Counted from the stretch's first letter, positions 20,326 to 28,016 are shown. The stretch is 32,000 nt of DNA from Delftia acidovorans NBRC 14950 (GCF_001598795.1 NZ_BCZP01000014.1:120001-152000); one strand, 5' to 3'. Numbers and translations are program-made. Notes: generated from the letters alone by a model not told the origin.

Positions 20326-21786
20326 ATGATCTCCCGCGAACCCACCATTGAACGCCTGGCCACAGCGCGCCAGTTGCTGCTTGAGCCCTTCGGGCTCGAT
20401 GAAACCCATCTCGCGCGCGCACTGGCCGAGATCCGCAGCCACCAGGTCGACGACGCCGACCTCTACTTCCAGTACACCCGCGCCGAAGGCTGGAGCCTGG
20501 AAGAGGGCATCGTCAAGACCGGCAGCTTCAGCATCGACCAGGGCGTGGGCGTGCGTGCGGTCAGTGGCGAGAAGACGGCATTTGCCTATTCCGACGATAT
20601 TTCCGAAGCCTCGCTGCTGGATGCCGCGCGCACCGTGCGCTCCATCTCGGGCGCGGCCCAGAGCAAGCGCGTGCGCGCCAATGCTCCCAAGATTGCGCAA
20701 AGCCGCTCGCTGTATCCCGGTCTGGACCCCATCGCCACGCTGGACAGCACGGCCAAGGTCGAGCTGCTGGGCAAGGTCGAGAAACTGGCCCGCGCCAAGG
20801 ACCCGCGCGTGGTCCAGGTCATGGCCGGCCTGGCCAGCGAGTACGACGTGGTGCTGGTGGCCCGTGCCGATGGCACGCTGGCGGCCGACGTGCGGCCGCT
20901 GGTGCGCCTGTCGGTTACCGTGATCGCCGAGCAAAAGGGCCGGCGTGAGGTGGGCTCTGCCGGCGGCGGTGGCCGTTTCGGGCTGGCCTATTTCAGCGAC
21001 GAGCAGATCACCCAGTACGTGGACGAGGCCGTGAGCGCGGCCCTCACCAACCTGGAATCCCGTCCCGCGCCGGCTGGCGAGATGACCGTGGTGCTTGGCC
21101 CCGGCTGGCCCGGCGTGCTGCTGCACGAAGCCGTGGGACACGGTCTGGAAGGCGACTTCAACCGCAAGGGCGCCAGCGCCTTCAGCGGCCGCATCGGCCA
21201 GCGCGTGGCTGCCAAGGGCGTCACCGTGCTGGATGACGGCACGCTGGCCGATCGCCGCGGCTCGCTCAACGTCGATGACGAAGGCTGCACCAGCCAGAGC
21301 AATGTGCTGATCGAGGACGGCATCCTCAAGGGCTACATCCAGGACGCGATGAATGCCCGCCTGATGGGTGTCAAGCCCACGGGCAACGGCCGCCGCGAAA
21401 GCTATGCCCACATTCCCATGCCGCGCATGACCAACACCTACATGCTCGGTGGCGACCGGGAGCCGCAGGAAATCGTGGCCTCGATCAAGAAGGGCCTGTA
21501 CGCCACCAACTTCGGCGGCGGCCAGGTCGATATCACCAGCGGCAAGTTCGTGTTCTCCGCCAGCGAGGCCTATTGGGTCGAGAACGGCAAGATCCAGTAC
21601 CCCGTCAAGGGCGCGACCATCGTGGGCAGCGGCCCGGAATCGCTCAAGCACATCACCATGATCGGCAACGACATGCGCCTGGACAGCGGTGTGGGCACCT
21701 GCGGCAAGGAAGGCCAGAGCGTGCCCGTGGGCGTGGGCCAGCCCACGCTGCGCATCGACGGCCTGACGGTGGGCGGCACGGCCTGA
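20326..21786 (+). CDS. tldD: metalloprotease TldD
   Basis: Motifs [27 protein letters not shown] and HEAVGHGLE (zinc site). The 486-aa length fits. Confidence 0.93.
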   Translation: MISREPTIERLATARQLLLEPFGLDETHLARALAEIRSHQVDDADLYFQYTRAEGWSLEEGIVKTGSFSIDQGVGVRAVSGEKTAFAYSDDISEASLLDAARTVRSISGAAQSKRVRANAPKIAQSRSLYPGLDPIATLDSTAKVELLGKVEKLARAKDPRVVQVMAGLASEYDVVLVARADGTLAADVRPLVRLSVTVIAEQKGRREVGSAGGGGRFGLAYFSDEQITQYVDEAVSAALTNLESRPAPAGEMTVVLGPGWPGVLLHEAVGHGLEGDFNRKGASAFSGRIGQRVAAKGVTVLDDGTLADRRGSLNVDDEGCTSQSNVLIEDGILKGYIQDAMNARLMGVKPTGNGRRESYAHIPMPRMTNTYMLGGDREPQEIVASIKKGLYATNFGGGQVDITSGKFVFSASEAYWVENGKIQYPVKGATIVGSGPESLKHITMIGNDMRLDSGVGTCGKEGQSVPVGVGQPTLRIDGLTVGGTA

Positions 21787-21879
21787 CGGTCCCATGCCCG
21801 CGCCCTGCACGGCAGGCCGGGCCCTGTCCTGCCTGACGCGGCCCGCCGCGTTCGGTGGGCGCCGCCCGGCGCCGATTCC

Positions 21880-22500
21880 ATGACCCAGCTTTCCTTTTCC
21901 TCCCGGCCAGGCCCGCGGACCTCCGTCCATCCCCTGCGCAGCCTGCCGAAGCAATGGCGTGCCTGGGCCGGCGAGTCGCGGCTGAGCCGCTTCTGGCAGC
22001 ATGAGCTGATCGTGGGCGACCTGCAGCCCATGCACCAGCAACTGGCCTTGCTGGCCGTCGCGCTGGACGAGTCCGTGCGCGTGCGCTATGCGGGCAGCCC
22101 GCGCCCCGCGGTGGAAGACGCCATACAGCAGCTTGACCTGGCGGTGCTGGACCACCAGCACTTTCTCACCACGCTGGCCACGGGCTGGCATGCCCTCTAC
22201 GAATTTCCTGCCTACCAGCGTCTGCTCAAAGGCTTCAGGGAGGCCGTCCACGCCTGGCAGCAGTCCGTGCTGGTGGGCGATGCCCAGGAGCCCGAGCACT
22301 TCCGGCGCTGCGAGCGCCTGGGCTGGCGTCTGCTGGGCGATGCCTGCCTGCTGACGGACATGTTTGCCGAATCCGCTGCCGTGGCCGGCGAAGCCGATGT
22401 GACTTCCATCCTGTCTGGTTACAAGGCGCGCCGATGGCAACCCTTGAGCGCCGTGCGCCTGGCCCTGCGCAGGCTGCGTGACGCGTTGCTGCGGCGTTGA
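21880..22500 (+). CDS. hypothetical protein (206 aa, Trp/His/Leu-rich, probably helical)
   Basis: The high third-position GC is typical of the real genes here, and the ORF is open only in this frame. There is no obvious SD and I recognise no domain. Confidence 0.55.
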   Translation: MTQLSFSSRPGPRTSVHPLRSLPKQWRAWAGESRLSRFWQHELIVGDLQPMHQQLALLAVALDESVRVRYAGSPRPAVEDAIQQLDLAVLDHQHFLTTLATGWHALYEFPAYQRLLKGFREAVHAWQQSVLVGDAQEPEHFRRCERLGWRLLGDACLLTDMFAESAAVAGEADVTSILSGYKARRWQPLSAVRLALRRLRDALLRR

Positions 22501-22714
22501 TCGCGCCCCTGCGTGACGCGCAGATGCATCATTTCCCGGGGTTTGCACGTTTTCATGGCTGATGGCAATAAAACTGCATGGCAACGTGATTTTCTACATA
22601 TGCCTGAAGAATTTTTGCGTGAAACTGAGAAAAAAGCAGTTTTTTTGCGTCAATGATTTTGTGCTTTCTCTCTGTGGCACGGTGAAGGGCTGCTTCCCCG
22701 CCCTCATGTCCATG

Positions 22715-22744
22715 TTGCACTGCGAAAAATGACTGTGCTACATT
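22715..22744 (+). promoter_or_regulatory. candidate sigma70 promoter for the aromatic leader transcript
   Basis: TTGCAC (22715-22720), an 18-nt spacer, then TACATT (22739-22744). The leader ATG is at 22753. Confidence 0.35.
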
Positions 22745-22752
22745 CGATCCCC

Positions 22753-22815
22753 ATGCAAGCCCGTGCCTCCTTCTACTTTTACTTTTGGTTCTCCTCCCCG
22801 GCGGAAGAGAGGTAA
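22753..22815 (+). CDS. candidate attenuator leader peptide MQARASFYFYFWFSSPAEER
   Basis: ATG..TAA spans 20 sense codons. Codons 7-13 (22771-22791) are TTC TAC TTT TAC TTT TGG TTC, i.e. F Y F Y F W F. It lies 125 nt upstream of the DAHP synthase start and directly upstream of an intrinsic terminator. Confidence 0.7.
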   Translation: MQARASFYFYFWFSSPAEER

Positions 22816-22842
22816 GCGCGCGCACCCGAACAAACCTCCCTC

Positions 22843-22883
22843 AAAACCGCCGAAGCTGTAAAGCCCGGCGGTTTTTTGTTTTT
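22843..22883 (+). terminator. attenuator terminator in the DAHP synthase 5' leader
   Basis: AAAACCGCCG (22843-22852), a 13-nt loop, CGGCGGTTTT (22866-22875), within the T tract TTTTTTGTTTTT (22872-22883). Confidence 0.8.
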
Positions 22884-22940
22884 CCCTCCCGATTCTTCGC
22901 TCCGTTTTCCACGATCCATCTTTCCTCACGAAAGCAAGCA

Positions 22941-24098
22941 ATGACTGCTCATCAAGCTTCCCTCGCCGATTCCTGGTATCGCGGCGGTTCCCAAAAGACT
23001 GGCCAAACCGACGACGCACGTATCAAGGACATCACCGTGTTGCCCCCTCCCGAGCACCTCATTCGCTTCTTCCCCATCCGCGGTACGGCCGTGGAAACCC
23101 TGATCGGCGACACCCGCCGCACCATCCACAACATCATGGCTGGCGAGGATGATCGCCTGCTGGTCATCGTCGGCCCCTGCTCCATCCACGATCCGGCAGC
23201 CGCCATCGAGTACGCACGCCGCCTGGCGCCCATACGCGAGCAGTACAAGGACACGCTGGAGATCGTGATGCGCGTGTACTTCGAAAAGCCGCGCACCACC
23301 GTGGGCTGGAAGGGTTTGATCAACGATCCCTACCTGGACCAGAGCTACCGCATCGACGAAGGCCTGCGCATTGCGCGGCAACTGCTGATCGACATCAACC
23401 GCCTGGGCGTGCCGGCCGCCAGCGAGTTCCTGGACGTGATCTCGCCCCAGTACATTGCCGATCTGATCAGTTGGGGCGCCATCGGTGCGCGCACCACGGA
23501 AAGCCAGGTCCACCGTGAACTGGCCTCGGGCATCTCGGCGCCCATCGGCTTCAAGAACGGCACGGACGGCAACATCCGCATCGCCACCGACGCCATCCAG
23601 TCGGCCAGCCGCGGCCACCACTTCCTGTCCGTGCACAAGAATGGCCAGGTTGCCATCGTGAACACGGCGGGCAACCAGGATTGCCACGTCATCCTGCGCG
23701 GCGGCAAGACCCCCAACTACGACGCGGCCAACGTGGCCGCTGCCTGCGAGGATCTGGAAAAGGCCGGCCTGCCTCCCACGCTGATGGTGGACTGCAGCCA
23801 CGCCAACAGCTCCAAGCAGCATGAGCGCCAAAAGGATGTGGCACGCGACATCGCCGGACAGATCAGCGGCGGCTCGCGCAGCGTCTTCGGCGTGATGATC
23901 GAAGGCCATCTCGTGGGCGGCGCCCAGAAGTTCACGCCCGGCAAGGATGAGGTGGCTGCGCTGACCTATGGCCAGAGCATCACCGATGCTTGCCTGGGCT
24001 GGGATGATTCCCTGGCAACGCTGGCCGAGCTGTCCGACGCCGTGCAGCAGCGCCGCGTCAAGCATCCCGAGCCGGCTGCGGCCCTGGTTGCCGCCTGA
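22941..24098 (+). CDS. aroG: class I 3-deoxy-D-arabino-heptulosonate-7-phosphate (DAHP) synthase
   Basis: Start MTAHQASLADSWY at ATG 22941. The track's 22785 start is a non-ATG upstream extension across the attenuator. Motifs LLVIVGPCSIHD, RVYFEKPRTTVGWKGL and DCSHANS. Feedback specificity (Phe, Tyr or Trp) cannot be read from the sequence. Confidence 0.92.
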   Translation: MTAHQASLADSWYRGGSQKTGQTDDARIKDITVLPPPEHLIRFFPIRGTAVETLIGDTRRTIHNIMAGEDDRLLVIVGPCSIHDPAAAIEYARRLAPIREQYKDTLEIVMRVYFEKPRTTVGWKGLINDPYLDQSYRIDEGLRIARQLLIDINRLGVPAASEFLDVISPQYIADLISWGAIGARTTESQVHRELASGISAPIGFKNGTDGNIRIATDAIQSASRGHHFLSVHKNGQVAIVNTAGNQDCHVILRGGKTPNYDAANVAAACEDLEKAGLPPTLMVDCSHANSSKQHERQKDVARDIAGQISGGSRSVFGVMIEGHLVGGAQKFTPGKDEVAALTYGQSITDACLGWDDSLATLAELSDAVQQRRVKHPEPAAALVAA

Positions 24099-24108
24099 GC
24101 CGGAAAAG

Positions 24109-24136
24109 AAAACGGGGCATGCATGCCCCGTTTTTT
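24109..24136. terminator. bidirectional intrinsic terminator between convergent aroG and yqcC
   Basis: Palindrome AACGGGGCATGCATGCCCCGTT, flanked by an A-rich tract upstream (GGAAAAGAAAA) and TTTTTT downstream. Confidence 0.8.
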
Positions 24137-24156
24137 CCATGTCCCGGTTTGCTTGT

Positions 24157-24525
24157 TCAGTGTGGCGGCGTGGCGTCCGGCGGGGTCAGTCCGCCCTGGT
24201 TCAGCGTGTCGTCTATGCCCAGCAGCAGGACCAGCAATTGGCGCTTGTCGAATGCCACGGGCTGGCTCCATTCGTGCTCGGCCAGTGGATGCACGTGGCT
24301 TTGGCAGGGCAATTGGCCGCGGGCATCGACCACGGCACGCAGCCGGGGCAGGAAAACCCACTGCAGCCATTCCTGCAGCTTGAGCGTGTCGTACATGAAC
24401 GGCATGGTCGATGCCATGGCCTCAGGGCTGGGCGCCACGGCCGACCAGAGGCTCTGGCTGCGCAACTCGTCTTCGAGTTGCTGCAACTGGTCGAGCAGTT
24501 TCTGGTGCGTGGTGTCGGTTGTCAT
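24157..24525 (-). CDS. yqcC: YqcC-family protein (DUF446)
   Basis: Start MTTDTTHQKLLDQL at 24525. Motif PFMYDTLKLQEWLQWVFLPRL closely parallels E. coli YqcC (PFFMDTMEPLEWLQWVLIPRM). Length 122 aa. Confidence 0.8.
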   Translation of the reverse strand: MTTDTTHQKLLDQLQQLEDELRSQSLWSAVAPSPEAMASTMPFMYDTLKLQEWLQWVFLPRLRAVVDARGQLPCQSHVHPLAEHEWSQPVAFDKRQLLVLLLGIDDTLNQGGLTPPDATPPH

Positions 24526-24784
24526 GCGGTGAGGTCCATGAAAAAACGGGGCCAAATTTGTCGGCCATTGTACGTTTGCACCTTTGGGCAGGCGCTGGCA
24601 GGCCTTGAAACACCTGCTGGCGGCAGTGCCGACTCCAGCGCCGGTGCCAGTCTCTGGCACTTGAGGCATGTCAGCTTGCCCGGGGTGTGGAAAAGGCGCT
24701 TGCGGTTAAGCTCAGGGCATGAGTGACAGCCCTGTCTGCATGAGCAGGCACAGGGTCGTATCCCGTAATGAAGAGAGGAGTTCC

Positions 24785-25102
24785 ATGCGCAGCGAAGTGA
24801 TTGTGGTGTTGGATGCCGGACAAGAGTACCGCACGGACACCAGCGGGCTCACCCCCATGAGTTCCGATGAAGGACGGCATTGGCTGGACCAGCAGTTCAT
24901 CTCCATGGACTGCGAACCCCTGCGCGCCAGCGGCAAGGTTCTGCTGGCCGACAAGCTGGTGGTGGTGGCGCGTGCGGCGCGTTCGCGCTCCGGGCTGTTC
25001 GACGACGAGCAATGGCGCAACAGCTATGCCGTGGCCGCCCAGGCCGTGCTGTCCAAGCCGCTGATCCGTGTCGATGTGCCGGCCATGTCCATCAGTTACT
25101 GA
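24785..25102 (+). CDS. hypothetical protein (105 aa)
   Basis: ATG 24785 is preceded by GAGAGGAG. Coding-like codon bias, followed by an intrinsic terminator. I recognise no domain. Confidence 0.55.
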   Translation: MRSEVIVVLDAGQEYRTDTSGLTPMSSDEGRHWLDQQFISMDCEPLRASGKVLLADKLVVVARAARSRSGLFDDEQWRNSYAVAAQAVLSKPLIRVDVPAMSISY

Positions 25103-25125
25103 CGACGGACAGATCGAGATACAGC

Positions 25126-25156
25126 AAAGAAGCCTGGGCATGACCCGGGCTTTTTT
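25126..25156. terminator. intrinsic terminator between the convergent 105-aa ORF and mpl
   Basis: Stem GCCTGGG / CCCGGGC (one G-T pair) with loop CATGA, an A-rich 5' flank and TTTTTT 3' flank. Confidence 0.7.
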
Positions 25157-25176
25157 CATTGGGGGCCGTGCCCGGT

Positions 25177-26616
25177 TCAGCCTGTGGCTTGCAGCGCCGC
25201 CAGCAGCTTGGGGTGAATGCCACCGAAGCCGCCATTGCTCATGCACACCACGTGGTCACCGGGGCGGGCGGCTGCGCGGATCTGCCCGATCAGCGTATCG
25301 ATGTCTGCAGCCACCTGCGCCTTGTGACCGGCTCCCACGCCCAGGGGGCGCAGCGCCTCGGCAGCATCCCAGTCCAGGCCGGCCGTGTGGCAGAACACCA
25401 GATCGGCGCTTTCCAGGGCCCAGGGCAGTTGCGACTTCATGGTGCCCAGCTTCATGGTGTTGCTGCGCGGCTCGAACACCGCCAGGATGCGCGTCTGGCT
25501 GGCGAGCTTGCGGCGCAGGCCGTCCAGCGTGGTGCGGATGGCCGTGGGATGGTGGGCGAAGTCGTCGTAGACGGACACGCCACCCGCCATGCCGCGTAGC
25601 TCCATGCGTCGCTTGACGTTCTGAAAGCGCGCCAGCGCTTCGCAGGCCTGCGCCGGCGTCACGCCCACATGCTCGGCCGCTGCAATGGCGGCCAGCGCAT
25701 TGAGCTGGTTGTGCTCTCCGGTCAGTGCCCATTCCAGGCGCGCGACCTTGTGGCCACGGTGCAGTACGTCGAAGGCGCCGGGATCGCCCTGGGCACTGAA
25801 ATCGCTGACCACCGCACCGAAGCTGGAGACCTCGCTCCAGCAGCCCTGGTGCAGCACGCGGGTGATGCTTTCCTCTATGCCGTTGACCACCAGCCGCCCG
25901 GAGGCGGGAACGGTGCGCACGAGATGGTGGAACTGGCGTTCGATGGCACCGAGGTCCTCGAAGATGTCGGCGTGGTCGAACTCCAGGTTGTTGAGCACGG
26001 CCGTGCGCGGGCGGTAGTGCACGAACTTGCTGCGTTTGTCGAAGAAGGCCGTGTCGTATTCATCGGCCTCGATGACGAAGACGGGCTCCGCGCCGGCCGG
26101 CCCCTGGCCTGGCGTCGGTCGGCTGGATGCGCCCAGGCGGGCCGAGACGCCGAAGTCCAGCGGCACGCCGCCGACCAGAAAGCCGGGAGCCAGGCCTGCG
26201 CATTCGAGAATCCAGGCCAGCATCGACGTCGTGGTCGTCTTGCCGTGGGTGCCGGCCACGGCCAGCACATGGCGCGGGCAGGACGGATGGTGCAGCACCT
26301 GTTCGCAAAGCCATTGCGGACCGCTGGTGTAGGGAGCGCCGCTTTCAAGAATCGCCTCCATCAGCGGGAACTTGGGGCTGCCGTCGGGCAGCCGCGCGCG
26401 GCTGACCACGTTGCCCACGACATACATGTCGGGTTGCAGGGCCATCTGGTCGGCGCCGTAGCCCTCGATCAGGTCGATGCCCAGTGCACGCAACTGATCG
26501 CTCATCGGCGGATAGACGCCGGCGTCGCAGCCTGTGACGCGGTGCCCAGCCTCGCGCGCCAGTGCGGCCAGTCCGCCCATGAAGGTGCCGCAGATGCCCA
26601 GAATATGTATGTGCAT
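25177..26616 (-). CDS. mpl: UDP-N-acetylmuramate:L-alanyl-gamma-D-glutamyl-meso-diaminopimelate ligase (murein peptide recycling)
   Basis: Start MHIHILGICGTFMGGLAALA at 26616. The track ORF runs spuriously upstream to 27156. Motif [11 protein letters not shown], and the N-terminus is nearly identical in pattern to E. coli Mpl. Confidence 0.92.
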   Translation of the reverse strand: MHIHILGICGTFMGGLAALAREAGHRVTGCDAGVYPPMSDQLRALGIDLIEGYGADQMALQPDMYVVGNVVSRARLPDGSPKFPLMEAILESGAPYTSGPQWLCEQVLHHPSCPRHVLAVAGTHGKTTTTSMLAWILECAGLAPGFLVGGVPLDFGVSARLGASSRPTPGQGPAGAEPVFVIEADEYDTAFFDKRSKFVHYRPRTAVLNNLEFDHADIFEDLGAIERQFHHLVRTVPASGRLVVNGIEESITRVLHQGCWSEVSSFGAVVSDFSAQGDPGAFDVLHRGHKVARLEWALTGEHNQLNALAAIAAAEHVGVTPAQACEALARFQNVKRRMELRGMAGGVSVYDDFAHHPTAIRTTLDGLRRKLASQTRILAVFEPRSNTMKLGTMKSQLPWALESADLVFCHTAGLDWDAAEALRPLGVGAGHKAQVAADIDTLIGQIRAAARPGDHVVCMSNGGFGGIHPKLLAALQATG

Positions 26617-26860
26617 GGCCGGGCATTCTACGGTTGCCGTCATGTCCGGGAGGGCTGTCCTGCAAAAACAGGAGCTTGCGGCCCAGCAGGCGCGGGGTCC
26701 CGGAAACACAAGGTTGCGAAATCGCCGTTGCAAGGCGCTGGCGGGAACGTGCAAAGCCCGTCTGCGGCCGGCGGTGCCGCGGCTTGGGTCACAATGGCCC
26801 GGGGCCATCCGCAGGGAAGGCCTCTTATATATATGTAGGGATACAGCGGATCGGAAAGCC

Positions 26861-27469
26861 ATGGACCAAGCCACTGCCGAAATTGCCCAGACCGCGGCCC
26901 GCCTCGTGGTCGAGGAAGGGCTGGAATGGGGGGCTGCCAAGCACCGCGCACTTCGCCAGCTGGGGCTGCCCGCGCGCACCGCGCTGCCGGGAAACGACCT
27001 GGTGGAAGAGGCCGTGCGCGAATACATTGCCCTGTTCTGCGCCGACACCCAGCCCCAGGAACTGCAGGCCCTGCGCGAACTGGCCCTGCAATGGATGGAC
27101 CGCCTGGCCGAGTTCCGACCCCATCTGGCCGGCGCCGTCTGGCGCGGCACAGCCACCCGCCTGTCCGATATTTACCTGCAGCTGTTCTGCGACGACCCCA
27201 AGTCGGCCGAGATCGCGCTGATCAACCAGCATGTGGAGTACGAGCCCAGCACCGTCACCGGCTTTACGGGGCAGGCCGTGGAGGCCTTGAGCATCCACGC
27301 CTTCTGCCGCCCTTTGAACGAGTCCGTGGGCGTGCATCTGCTGGTGTATGACCATGATGATCTGCGTGGCGCACTCAAGCCCGACGGCCAGGGGCGCAGC
27401 CCGCGCGGCAGCGCCGAGGCGCTGCGCAGGCTGTTGGATCAGGATGAAGAGGAGGCCGACCGTGGCTGA
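26861..27469 (+). CDS. hypothetical protein (202 aa) with a degenerate Pol-beta-type nucleotidyltransferase-like motif
   Basis: ATG 26861 (MDQATAEIAQ). GAVWRGTATRLSDIYL resembles the minimal nucleotidyltransferase motif GSxxRGTAxxxSDIDL. The acidic C-terminal tail overlaps the next gene by 8 nt. Confidence 0.55.
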   Translation: MDQATAEIAQTAARLVVEEGLEWGAAKHRALRQLGLPARTALPGNDLVEEAVREYIALFCADTQPQELQALRELALQWMDRLAEFRPHLAGAVWRGTATRLSDIYLQLFCDDPKSAEIALINQHVEYEPSTVTGFTGQAVEALSIHAFCRPLNESVGVHLLVYDHDDLRGALKPDGQGRSPRGSAEALRRLLDQDEEEADRG

Positions 27470-28016
27470 TTCAGTGGATGCAGGGCAAAACACATCTTCC
27501 CGCCGCCGTTGGCTGATGGGCGGCGTTGCCGCCGCCGCAGGCCTGGGTGGGGCAGGGTTTGCGTGGTGGCGTTTTCAGCCGCACGCCATGGATGCCAGTG
27601 CCGAAGAGCAACTGTGGCAGCAGCGCTTCATCACGCCCGATGGCTCGGCCATGACGCTGTCGCGCTGGCGCGGCAAGCCGGTGCTGGTCAATTTCTGGGC
27701 CACCTGGTGCCCGCCCTGCGTGCGCGAGCTGCCCATGCTCGATGCCTTCTCGGCGCGCCAAAACCAGCATGGTATTCAGGTCATTGGCCTGGCCGTGGAC
27801 AAGCCGGAGGCCGTGCAGCGCTTCCTGGGTCGCACACCCCTGCGTTTCCCTGTGGCGCTGGCGGTGGAAGGCGGTCTGGGCCTGACCCGCTCGCTGGGCA
27901 ATCTGCAGGGCGGACTGCCCTTCACCGTGCTGCTCGGCGAAGATGGCATGGTGCAGCAACGTAAAATAGGTGAGCTTACTACCGAAGATCTGGCTTCCTG
28001 GAGCGCAAAAGGCTGA
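27462..28016 (+). CDS. TlpA/ResA-like periplasmic thiol:disulfide oxidoreductase with a twin-arginine signal
   Basis: GTG 27462 lies 6 nt after GAGGAGG (the alternative start is ATG 27444). Tat-like SSRRRWLMGGVAAAAGLGGAGFA, and thioredoxin active site WATWCPPC. Confidence 0.8.
   Translation: MADSVDAGQNTSSRRRWLMGGVAAAAGLGGAGFAWWRFQPHAMDASAEEQLWQQRFITPDGSAMTLSRWRGKPVLVNFWATWCPPCVRELPMLDAFSARQNQHGIQVIGLAVDKPEAVQRFLGRTPLRFPVALAVEGGLGLTRSLGNLQGGLPFTVLLGEDGMVQQRKIGELTTEDLASWSAKG

Noticed and set aside
22675-22695. Perfect sigma54 -24 box TGGCACG at 22675-22681, and another TGGCAC at 24655-24660.
   Set aside because: The GC of the -12 element is not at the required 12-nt offset from the GG (offsets of 13 and 10 nt respectively), so these are probably chance matches. 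Only the 22563-22579 element has correct spacing, and it is reported at low confidence.
22553-22825. 90-aa minus-strand ORF, and the non-ATG N-terminal extension of the DAHP synthase ORF (22785..22940), both overlapping the attenuator region.
   Set aside because: Both run through the AT-rich promoter, leader and terminator region and lack an RBS. DAHP synthase similarity begins only after ATG 22941.
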